A stretch of 58,415 nucleotides of DNA, the filler included, from Catajapyx aquilonaris (Eukaryota), in the NCBI GenBank assembly GCA_000934665.2. It is 4 parts of 4 records of this genome, joined end to end, with 100 filler letters (N's around TTAATTAATTAA, not from the genome) between each part and the next. Parts side by side here need not be neighbours in the genome. Positions count along the whole stretch, not along the records: positions 43,893 to 58,415 come from JYFJ02007752.1; 3 more parts are not named here. One strand, given 5' to 3'. The first letter of the stretch is position 1. Every line of letters begins with the position of its first letter. A program made the translations under genes and the position numbers. Under the pieces are notes generated by a model. That model made no database searches and was not told the origin of the DNA. It worked only from the letters and a program-made list of their open reading frames with translations. Positions 47,682-58,415 of the stretch are shown here, one piece after another.

Positions 47682-48716
47682 TTAAAAGCCAGATGGCTCA
47701 TCCGACATTTTCTTATGGGACGGATCGGTAATTATTACAGTCTGTGGTGTATGAATTCGCATGTGACATTTGAAGATCATTGGATTGCGAAATCTTTTTT
47801 GGCACACCTCACAATATAGTCTCTCTCTTGTATGAGTCTGCATGTGCGCTTTCAAACTACTTTGATTAGGAAATTTGCTTCGGCACACCTCACAGGGAAA
47901 TGGTCTCTCTCCCGTATGAGTTCGCATGTGGATTTTCACAAGTGGTGCCCGATGAAACTTCTTCTGGCACACATCACATTGAAATGGTTTCTCTTTTGTA
48001 TGAGTTCCCATGTGAGCTTTCAGATGATTTAGTTGACGAAATTTTTTCGGGCATAACTCACAATCAAAAGGTTTCTCTCCTGTATGAATTAGCATGTGAA
48101 TTTTCAAATACTTTGAGTCAAGATATCTTTTCTGGCAGACCTCACAACTGAACGGTTTCTCTCCCGCATGAATTAGCATATGCTGTTTCAAACTACTTTC
48201 ATTACTATATGTCTTCAGGCAAATACGGCAGCGATTTTTTTCCCTAGTATGACTCAACATGTGAGTTTTCAATTTATGCAGAGTATCAAAGCATTTCTGG
48301 CATATTTTGCATGCATGTGGATTTCTTCTAGTGCTTCTTTCTTCCTGGATCCCGGCTTCATGTCCTCCATCTTCAGCAGTGTCATGCACGATCTGAAACG
48401 TGAATCTGGTTTAGTCCAAAATTTATATCGCAATTACAGCATCGTTATTTACCGCATTAGTCCTTCCGGAACCTAGTGCTAATGGGTCATCTTCATCTGC
48501 GACCGCACTGGACGTGGCCACCACCATCTCTTCCTCCTCCTCCGCTGCCTCCTCCTTGATCTCACGCAGCGTGTCTTCTACGAAGAGCGTGGCATCCCCT
48601 TCGAGGCATTCCGGTGCCTCCTCCTTGAGACGCAGCATCCACGTCTCCTCCACCTTGAGGTCTTCTCCTTCCTCCAGCTCCTCCTCCTCCTCCTCCTTGA
48701 CCCCCAACGAGGTCAT
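47682..48716 (-). CDS. C2H2 zinc-finger protein, copy 2 (exons 48716-48453 and 48392-47682; ~324 aa; 7 fingers)
   Basis: Same two-exon structure; 60-bp intron GCG|GTAAAT...TTTCAG|ATC. Confidence 0.88.
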
Positions 48717-49704
48717 GGAGGTCACCCAATGACCTCAATCCACGTCCCAACCTTGGAGGGTCTGCCAAGAGGAACATTCGGATGTGCCTGCCGCACACTT
48801 CAAAACAAATAAAGGCCTGCCCTTCCACCCTCACACCTGAGCCCTCCTTCCCTGCACTGAGCATGCCCTGCACATCAACCCTAGTTACCTGCACTCCTCC
48901 CAGTGTAATCACACGTCTAATTAAACGTCATTCACTGTTCGGAAGTTCATGTTTTCAGAAATGAGAATTCGTCGCCATCTTTGATTCCGAACAAGTGACA
49001 GTCGCCCAATGGTGCCAACACACAATTTTGTTCCAATAATTAGCATACACCGTTTTTAGGCAATTAATTGCATCATACTTAACCATTTACTGCAATTTCC
49101 AACGTTTGCTCATTAAAATAACTGAATCTTAATTATCTGTTGATAACATTTCAAACCCGGGGTATTCAAACCACTGGTGGTTCTCAACTTTTCTATTGAT
49201 CTTTATTTATTATTTACATAAATGTTGCTGCTGCTAACATTTAGTATGTTGCGCCTGGTGGGTAGGATACCCATCGTACTTGAAGGTTGTGTTCATCAGG
49301 TTTCGCACGTGACACCCGCAATCGCTTTCACCTTCGTCTCCTCCACACGCAACACACCTAATGAACGCAAGTTTCGAGTACGGTGGGTTTCCTACCCACC
49401 AGGCGCAACAGACCAAAGGCTGTACGCCGCATGGGGGCATTTCCGGACATGGTTACCGAAGCCCAAAATACTTGCCTATGGGTGGCTCTCTACCCACCCT
49501 GTGATGTATGCCACAGATTGCGTGGACACCCTGTAGAGTGTAAAGATGCTGCTCCAACGATCTGCTTACCTCACATGTGTTCGTTTACATGCGCGGAAGA
49601 AAGTAATCTCCCAATTATTTATCGTTCTGTTGAACTTGGGTGTCAGTCTACGTTTACAGAAGTGACTGATTGTGGAGGAAAAATTCTTATAAATTGTCCT
49701 TACA

Positions 49705-49826
49705 GCCTCCTGGGACCTGATGTCCAATATATTGGACATTAAAAAAAAAAAAATTGGCATCAATTTGAGTTGATGGTCTTTTTTTAAACTGATGTCCAAT
49801 ATATTGGACATCAGGTCTCAGGAGGA
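49705..49826. mobile_element. 122-bp piggyBac-like MITE just downstream of ZF copy 3
   Basis: TACA|.CCTCCTGGGACCTGATGTCCAATATATTGGACAT ... GATGTCCAATATATTGGACATCAGGTCTCAGGAGG.|TACA; absent from the paralogous flanks of copies 1 and 4. Confidence 0.75.
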
Positions 49827-49867
49827 TACAGAGCCTTGGGAGCACGTTCGTAAGTCAGTCGGGTCAT

Positions 49868-51286
49868 TCATAAACAGGGGGCTTCTTGTTTTACATTCTG
49901 TGTTAAAGAATGAATTCGCATGTGTTTCTTCAAAGTCTCTGAACATCTAAACCTTTTCTGGCACATCTCACAAATGAATGGCCTTTCACCCGTATGAATT
50001 CGCGTGTGTTTCTTCAAAGTCTCTGAACGACTAAAACTTTTCTGACATACGTCACAAATGTATGGTTTTTCTCCTGTATGAGTTCGCATGTGCAGTTTCA
50101 AGGCCCCTGAAGAACTAAAACTTTTCTGGCACAACTCACAATGAAATGGTCTCTCATCAGTATGAGTTCGCATGTGTTTCTTCAAATTCTCTGAACGCCT
50201 AAAACTTTTCTGACATACGTCACAAATGAATGGTTTTTCTCCCGTATGAGTTCGCATGTGCAGCTTCAAACTGCTTGAACATCTAAAACTTTTCTGGCAC
50301 ACCTCACAAATGTATGGCTTTTCTCCTGTATGAGTTCGCATGTGCTTTTTCAAGGTCCCTGAAGAATTAAAACTTGTCTGGCACACCTCACATATGAATG
50401 GCTTTTCTCCCGTATGAGTTCGCATGTGCAGTTTCAAATTGCCGGCATCACTAAAGCTTTTATTGCACATCTCACAAATGAACGGCTTTTCTCCCGTATG
50501 AGTTCGCATGTGGGCTTTCAAACTGCCTGAATGGCTCAATTTTTTCTGGCACACCTCACATGTAAATGGTCTCTCTCCGGAATGACTTCGCATATGAACT
50601 CTCAAATGGTCTGACTTCCTAAAACATTTCTGGCACACATCGCAAATGAATGGCTTTTCTCCTGTATGAATTTGCATGTGCTGTTTCAAACAACTTTGAG
50701 TAAGAAACTTGTTCGTGCACACCTCACAGTGAAACGGTCTCTCTCCTGCATGAATTAGTACCATATGATTTTTCAAATCCTTTGCAGTACGCAATGTCTT
50801 ATGGCAAATATGGCAGCGACGCTTTTCACCATGAGTTAACATGTGGATTTCCAATTCATGCAGAGTACTCAATAATTTCTGGCATATTTTGCATGCAGGT
50901 GGATTTCCTGTAGTGCTTCTTTCCTCCTGGATTCCGCCCTTTCCTGCTCCATCTTCAGGGGTATCTTGCACGATCTGAAACGTGAATCAAGTTGAGTACA
51001 AAAAATTTATTAAAATTACAATATGGTTACGTACCGTATTAGTCATTCCGGCACCAAGTGCTAATGGGTCTTCCTCATCTTCGGCTGCACTGGACGTGGC
51101 CAACACCATCTCCTCCTCCTCCTCTGGCTCCTCTTTGATTCCTTCTTCTACGAAGAGCGTGGCGTCCCCTTCGAGGCATCCCGGTGCCTCCTCCTTGAGC
51201 CGCATCCTCCACGTCTCCTCCACCTTGAAGTCTTCTTCTCCTTCCTCCAGCTCCTCCTCCTCCTCCTTGACCCCCAACGAGGTCAT
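49868..51286 (-). CDS. C2H2 zinc-finger protein, copy 3 (exons 51286-51035 and 50974-49868; ~452 aa; 12 fingers)
   Basis: 60-bp intron ACG|GTACGT...TTTCAG|ATC; intact ORF. Confidence 0.88.
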
Positions 51287-52375
51287 GGCCCTGCAGGTCA
51301 CCCAATGACCTCAATCCACGTCCCAACCTTGGAGGGTCTGCCAAGAGGAACATTCGGATGTGCCTGCCGCACACTTCAAAAGGCCTGCCCTTCCACCCTC
51401 ACACCTGAGCCCTCCTTCCCCGTACTGAGCATGCCCTGCACATCAAACCCTAGTTACCTGCACTCCTTCCAGTGTAATCACACGTCTAATTAAACGTCAT
51501 TCCACGGGTCATTCTCTTGGAAAGGTGACGCTTCGGCCGCCATCTTGGAATACGAACAAGTGACAGTCGCCCAATGGTACCAACACACGATTGTGTCCAT
51601 AATTAGCGTATGAACTTTTAATTAAGCAATTAAAAGCATCAGATTTAACACTCTATCGCAATTATCAAAGATTCCGCATTAAACTAATTTAATCTTAATT
51701 ACCTGTCGATAATATTTCGACCCCGGGGAATTCAAACAAGTTGTGGTTCTCAACTGTTCAATTGATCTTTATTTACTATTTACATAAATGTTGAAGAGAC
51801 TGTTTGTGTGTTGTGTGTTTGTGCGTTTCGTGATTGAAGGCGTGTGCTATCCCGTAGTATCGGTGCACATAATGCTGCAGCAGTTTTGTCGCTCTGCAGA
51901 TTTTCTTCTGTCAATTGCGCATGGCTCTGCTTCTGCCGATGTATGTTTGCAGTGGCCATTCCTTCCCTTGCGAGATACAGAGTTGTTCCTCACACATGTT
52001 CTAGCCATGACAGAGTTCTTACATGGATTACATTACCTACTGTGTCACTATTCCGACTCTAGGATGGTTGTATGTGCCGTTGTACGTAATAAGGCCCATC
52101 ACGATGTTGACTGGGCCTTATTAGGAAAGCAGTAGCCTTTCAGCAAAGTGACCTGAATTACCTAAAGGCAACTGTTTTAATCATCTGTGCCACTACGATA
52201 GCTATCCTCAGTCTCTCAGGTGTCTGTACGCACCATTACACAGCCGTAGCACATCGCACTTGTCTTGTATCCAGGCTTTTCTCAGGCACAAAATTACAAC
52301 GCAGCTGTTTTATTGATGCTTAATCGACCCCTGCATGACATTTTGCGTTACGACCGCAATTAACAGAGATATCAT

Positions 52376-52664
52376 AACTTTCCTTCCTTCACCTGCGTCA
52401 GGAGGGTCTCTGACCTGCACCAAGGAGGTGTCTGGCAACCTAACCTCCTGGGGGACAGCACATGACCCCTTTACCGACATTGCACTTGCACCAATGTTCC
52501 CTCCCCAAAAATCTCTATATCCTTACCTCATGTCCTTTCATCCTTGCACCGGAGTTAGAAGAAAAAAAATCAGAAAATTGAAGGAAAAATGGTGGTATTC
52601 CACCCCCCTATAAGGGCCTATGGCCCTATCACATGGTAACGTAAATAAAAATTAAAAATAAAAT
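52376..52664 (+). mobile_element. SINE family C, lacking the tRNA head
   Basis: Matches ~16486-16763 (TTCACCTGCGTCAGGAGGGTCTCTGACC...GGTAACGT plus A-rich tail); interrupts the 3' flank of ZF copy 4. Confidence 0.85.
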
Positions 52665-52838
52665 AATTTCCCAATTATTTATATTTCTGTTCAACTTGGT
52701 GTCAGTGTATGAATACAGAAGTGATTGAAAGTGGAGGAATAATTATTATAAATTATCCTCATAGAGAGCCGTGGGAGCCCGCTTGTAAGCCAGTCGGGTC
52801 GTTCGTAAACCAGGGGCTTCTTGTATTACATTCTGTGT

Positions 52839-54476
52839 TCAAGAATGAATTCGCATGTGTCTTTTCAAATAGCTTGACTGACTAAAACTTCTCTGGCACA
52901 CCTCACAAATGAATGGCTTATCTTTCGTATGAGTTGGCATGTGTTTCTTCAAAGCCCCTGAAGCACAAAATCCTTTCAGGCACACCTCACAAATGAATGG
53001 CTTTTCTCCCGTATGAGTTCGCATGTGGGTTTTCAAAGTCTGTGAATGTCTAAACCTTTTCTGGCACACCTCACAAATGAATGGCTTCTCCTTCGTATGA
53101 GATCGCATGTGCTTTTTCAAGGTCCCTGAAGAACTAAAACTTGTCTCGCACACCTCACAAATGAATGGCTTTTCTCCCGTATGAGTTCGCATGTGGGATT
53201 TCAAATTGCCTGTGTCCCTAAATCTTTTCTGGCACATCTCACAAATGAACGGCTTTTCTCCCGTATGTGTTCGCATGTGGGTTTTCAAACTGCCTGAATG
53301 GCTCAATTTTTTCTGGCATACTTCACAAGTAAACGGTCTCTCTCCGGAATGACTTCGCATATGAACTCTCAAATGGTCTGACTTCCTAAAACATTTCTGG
53401 CACACATTACAAACGAAGGGCTTTTCTCCTGTATGGGTTCGCATGTGCAGTTTCAAAGTCCATGAACAACTAAAACTTGTCTGGCACACCTCACAAATGA
53501 ATGGCTTAGCTTTCGTATGAGTTCGCATGTGTTTCTTCAAATCCTCTGAACGTCTGAACCTTTTCAGGCACACCTCACAAATGAATGGCTTATCTTTCGT
53601 ATGAGTTTGCATGTGCTTTTTCAAGGCGTCTAAAGTTCTAAAACATGTCTGGCACACCTCACAAATGAATGGCCTTTCTCCCGTATGAGTTCGCATGTGG
53701 GCTTTCAAATTGCCTGACTCACTAAATCTTTTCTGGCAAATCTCACAAATGAACGGCTTTTCTCCCGTATGACTTCGCACGTGGGCTTTCAAACTGCCTG
53801 AATGGCTCAATTTTTTCTGACACACCTCACATGTAAATGGTCTCTCTCCGGAATGACTTCGCATATGAATTCTCAAATGGTTTGACTTCCTAAAACATTT
53901 CTGGCACACATTACAAACGAAGGGCTTTTCTCCGGTATGAATTTGCATGTGCTGTTTCAAACAACTTTGAGTAAGAAACTTGCTCTTGCACACCTCACAG
54001 TGAAATGGTCCCTCTACTGCATGATTTAACATGTGAATTTCCAATTCATGCAGAGTACTAAATAATTTCTGGCATATTTTGCATGCAGGTGGATTTCCTG
54101 TAGTGCTTCTTTCCTCCTGGATTCCGCCCTTTCCTGCTCCATCTTCAGGGGTATCTTGCACGATCTGAAATGTGAATCAAGTTTAGTCCAAAAAATTTAT
54201 TAAAATTACAGCATCGTTATTTACCGTATTAGTCATTCCGGCACCAAGTGCTAATGGGTCTTCCTCATCTTCGACTGCACTGGACGTGGCCAACACCATC
54301 TCCTCCTCCTCCTCTGGCTCCTCTTTGATTCCTTCTTCCATGAAGAGCGTGGCGTCCCCTTCGAGGCATTCCGGTGCCTCCTCCTTGAGACGCAGCCTCC
54401 ACGTCTCCTCCACCTTGAAGTCTTCTCCTTCCTCCAGCTCCTCCTCCTCCTCCTCCTTGACCCCCAACGAGGTCAT
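52839..54476 (-). CDS. C2H2 zinc-finger protein, copy 4 (exons 54476-54225 and 54164-52839; ~525 aa; 15 fingers)
   Basis: 60-bp intron ACG|GTAAAT...TTTCAG|ATC; intact ORF. Confidence 0.88.
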
Positions 54477-55275
54477 GGCCCTGCAGGTCACCCAATGACC
54501 TCAATCCACGTCCCAACCTTGGAGGGTCTGCCAAGAGGAACATTCGGATGTGCCTGCCGCACACTTCACAACAAAAGGCCTGCCCTTCCACCCTCACACC
54601 TGAGCCCTCCTTCCCTGTGTACTGAGCATGCCCTGCACACCAACCCTAGTTACCTGCACTCGTTCCAGTGTAATTACACGTCTAATTAAACGTCATACAC
54701 TTGGGTAGTTGAAGATTCCAGATCAGAACAAATCGTAGGCGCCATCTTGGAAAACGAACACTCGTCAATGGTGCCAACTCGAAACCTGTTTCTATAATCA
54801 CCATACAAATTAACTATTAATTAGGTAATTACATGCCGCGCATTTAACCACATACTGAGAGTATGTGATCATCTGTCCCTTAAAAATTAATGTTAATTAC
54901 CTGTTGCACGGTCTGTTGGCATCATGTTGTGAACCCGGGCATATTCAAACAAGGGTGGTTGGCATGGAATTCTTAGTGTCGCTGCTAAGATCAGCTACTG
55001 CTTAAACTAGCAGGACCAGATTTAGAGATGCCCCTCCCTGAGCATCTCTAAAATACTGCCAAGGCAGTCTACATCAGGCTGATGTGAGGAAAAAAACCCT
55101 GCAGTTGCTGGCGTCTGAGAGGTTCACGGTGGGGCAACGTCCTGATGATGATAAATGACATTCAAACTAGGGAAGGAAGGTGGCAACAATGCAACGCAAT
55201 GTTTATTACAAATGCATCAGTTAGTTTATTATAAACAGGTGAGTCAAAACACAAGTCAGGATGGCCACGCAGACG

Positions 55276-56186
55276 TTATAAACCATCTTTATGCGGTGCT
55301 TTGGCAGCCCGTTCGTATGTACGAATCGCCGCATGTCGGGTCATTCGCAAAAAGGGGACATTTTGCATTGTATGGATTTGCATGTGACGTTTAAAAATAT
55401 CTGGATTGATAAATCTTTGATGGCACACTTCACAGTGTAGTTTCTCCCCATTATGAATTTGCATGTGATTTTTCAAGTTACGAGCACACGGAATGTGCTG
55501 TTTCAAGTAACTAGGAGTGGAAAAACCTTTCTGGCACACCTCACAAGTAAATGGTCTCTCACCGGTATGAATGAGCTTGTGAGCGTTCAAAGTGCCTGAC
55601 TGAGTAAAACCTTTCTGGCAAACATCACAAATGAATGGTTTTTCTCCCGTATGAGTTCGGAGGTGAGCATTCAAATTGCCTGAAGAACTAAATCTTCTCT
55701 GGCACACCTCACAAGTAAAGGGTCTCTCACCGGTATGAACTCGCATGTGAGTTTTCAAAGTGCTTGACTGACTAAAACCTTTCTGGCACACCCCACAAAT
55801 GAATGGCTTTTCTCCGGTATGAGTTCGCATGTGCAATTTCAAACTTCTTTCGTCACACAATGCCTTCTGGCAAATACGGCAGCGCTTTTTATCACTATGA
55901 GTTAACATATGAATTGCCCATTCATGCCAAGTACCACACAATTTCTGGCATATTTTGCATGCAGGTGGATTTCCTATAGTGCTTCTGTCTTCCTGGATCC
56001 CGCCCTTTCCTTCTCCATCTTCAGTGGTATCTTGCACGATCTGAAACGTGAATCAAGTTTAGTGCTAAATTTACATCGCAATTACAGCATGATTACTTAC
56101 GGCGCTAATCCGTCCGGACCCAAGTGCTAATGGGTCTACCTCATCTTCGACCGCACTGGACGTGGCCACCTCCATCTCTTCCTCCT
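55276..56186 (-). pseudogene. C2H2 zinc-finger copy 5, 5'-truncated (6 intact fingers plus one fused/broken unit)
   Basis: Finger exon 56040-55276 and intron 56041-56100 are intact, but homology stops at ~56186 inside the acidic exon, so the ATG/VKEE start and promoter module are missing; the in-frame junction LKQHIPCARNLKNHMQIH fuses two fingers. Confidence 0.7.
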
Positions 56187-56922
56187 ATTATTAGGTTCAT
56201 CTTATAGTATCTTCAAAAATAAATGTCTGATTCGCCCCACAAAATACAAACAGGCCACATCTAAGAAGTAACAAAATAATTCCACTCCCAGCTTAAATTT
56301 AAAAAAAAAGATTGATCGACATTTGCACAACATGCCATGGGCGAGTGCGTTACCGCAGCACCACTCCGCCTCACTTTCTGCACCATATTGCTCAGCACAA
56401 CCTTTGTATAGTCGACATGTTAATGTATTACCTCACATAAAGCGGCATGCCGTTATAGCCACCAGATCGTGCATTTCTAAAAATGGGTCGACCTCGGCTA
56501 CATCGGCATGGCTCTTTATGTGAGATAATACAGCATCAATCACATGTGCACGTCTGATGAATAATTGCTGTAAATCAAATTACAATCTGTGCTTGCAACA
56601 TTTGACATGTTGCATGGAAACTATCATTATGGTTGCATTTATTTAGCATGGTTTGGAAAGAATGTCACAACATCGAGCACCACTTTCATGAATTACTCTG
56701 ATATTTTCACGCTGAGGTCATGCTTGCCTGATGGTTCATTACTAAATTTTTCATGACATGGACCAGTATAATTATTACATGAAGTCCATGGTCTAAGAAC
56801 GGGGTTACATTCCTGAAAATGTGCACAAGTTCGATTAGTACGTAACTTAGGATCCGTGAGTTTCAAGTTATGAGCAGTGGAAAAACCCAGGAAAAACCTT
56901 TCTGGCATACCTCACAAATGAA

Positions 56923-57816
56923 TCATTTTTCTTTCTTATGAGTTTGCATATGCTTTTTCAAAGTCCCTGACTGACTAAAACTTTTCTGGCACAAGCCACA
57001 TATGAATGGCTTTTCTCCCGTATGAATTCGCATGTGCAGTTTCAAAGTCCCTGAACGACTAAAACTTGTCTGGCACACCTCACAAATGAATCGCTTTTCT
57101 CCCGTATGAATTCGCATGTGCTTTTTCAAAGTCACTGAATAGCTAAAACTGGTCTGGCACACCTCACAAATGAATGGCTTTTCTCCCGTATGGGTTTGCA
57201 TGTGCAATTTCAAATTGCTTGAAGTACTAAATCTTCTCTGGCACACCTCACAAATGAATGGCCTTTTTCCCGTATGGGTTCGTATGTGCAATTTCAAGCT
57301 TATTTCATCACACAATGTCTTCAGGCAAATAAGGCAGCGATTTTTTTCACTAGTATGAGTTAACATGTGAATGTCCAATTCATCCCGAGTACCACAATAT
57401 TTCTGGCATACTCTGCATGCAAGTGGATTTCTTCTAGCGCCTCTTTCCTCCTGGATCCCGCCCTTTCCTGCTCCATCTCCTGTGATGTCTTGCACGATCT
57501 GAAACGTTAATCAAGTTTAGCACAAATTTATATCGCAATATGTTAGCGGATTACGTACCGCATTAGTCCTTCCGGACCCAAGTGCTAATGGGTCTTCTTC
57601 ATCTTCGACTGCACTGGACGTGGCCACCACCATCTCTTCCTCCTCCTCCGCTGCCTCCTCCTTGATCCCACGCAGCGTGTCTTCAACGAAGAGCGTGGCG
57701 TCCCCTTCGAAGCATCCCGGTGCCTCCTCCTTGAGCCGCAACCTCCACGTCTCCTCCACCGTCACGTCTCCTTCCTCCAGCTCCTCCTCCTCCTCCTTGA
57801 CCCCCAACGAGGTCAT
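56923..57816 (-). CDS. C2H2 zinc-finger protein, copy 6 (exons 57816-57559 and 57498-56923; ~277 aa; 6 fingers; stop within a linker)
   Basis: 60-bp intron GCG|GTACGT...TTTCAG|ATC; a decayed 7th finger follows the stop. Confidence 0.82.
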
Positions 57817-58415
57817 GGCCCTGCAGGTCACCCAATGACCTCAATCCACGTCCCAACCTTGGAGGGTCTGCCAAAGAGGAACATTCGGATGTGCCTGCCG
57901 CACACTTCACAACAAAAGGCCTGCCCTTCCACCCTCACACCTGAGCCCTCCTTCCCCGTACTGAGCATGCCCTGCACATCAACCCTAGTTACCTGCACTC
58001 CTCACAGTGTAATTACACGCCTAATTAAGCGCCATTCACTGTTTGGAAGTTCATGATTTCAGCTTGCTTTCAGCAGGAAGGAAAAATCGGCGCCATCTTG
58101 GATTCCAAACAAGTGACAGTCGCCCAATGGTGCCAACACAGAGGGCCATTCACCTATTGGGGACCGTGAAGATGATGATGATTGATGATGATGAATGTTG
58201 CTGGCAGGGAATAAATCATGCAAGATGGCCACAGAGATTTCGCTTCAAGTATTTATTAGCGTCGTCATAGTGTGCTAGAAAATAAATGTCTGATATATGT
58301 GCTATCTACAGTAGGACAATTAAGGTGGAAATGAAGCGACTTGCTAATCAAATGAGAGTCTAGAATTGGAATGTTAATAAGAAGGGCTAAAATCAGGGAA
58401 ACATACGCGACCGAT

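Noticed and set aside
49222..49536. ORF loosely resembling a LINE ORF1 fragment
   Set aside because: Similarity is too weak and no zinc knuckle is visible
44861..57498. 84-bp periodic repeats resembling a CRISPR or satellite array
   Set aside because: They are in-frame C2H2 finger codons; there are no unique spacers or cas genes, and the context is eukaryotic

Overview
Eukaryotic, very likely arthropod, genomic DNA. It consists of four contig segments joined by identical synthetic 100-bp spacers (44N-TTAATTAATTAA-44N at 14539, 29169 and 43793), so adjacency across those points is unverified. Host genes: (i) an intronless 641-aa divergent ionotropic chemoreceptor (IR, iGluR-derived) at 36851-38776, bracketed by an inverted pair of a ~300-bp GC-rich repeat whose right copy is fused to a frameshifted Merlin/IS1595-type transposase; (ii) a head-to-tail minus-strand array of six paralogous C2H2 zinc-finger genes at 44861-58139. 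The array genes have an acidic psi-K-x-E-rich N-terminal exon, a 60-61-bp phase-0 intron and 6-15 fingers, and show finger gain and loss, truncation and pseudogenisation. Most of the remainder is a dense transposon graveyard: Tc1/mariner derivatives including fold-backs, piggyBac-like, Kolobok-like, Harbinger-like, Sola-like, MULE-like and Academ-like elements, many hairpin MITEs, three tRNA-derived SINE families and a LINE RT fragment. No rRNA, genuine tRNA or CRISPR array was found. Family assignments come from manual motif recognition, not database searches.
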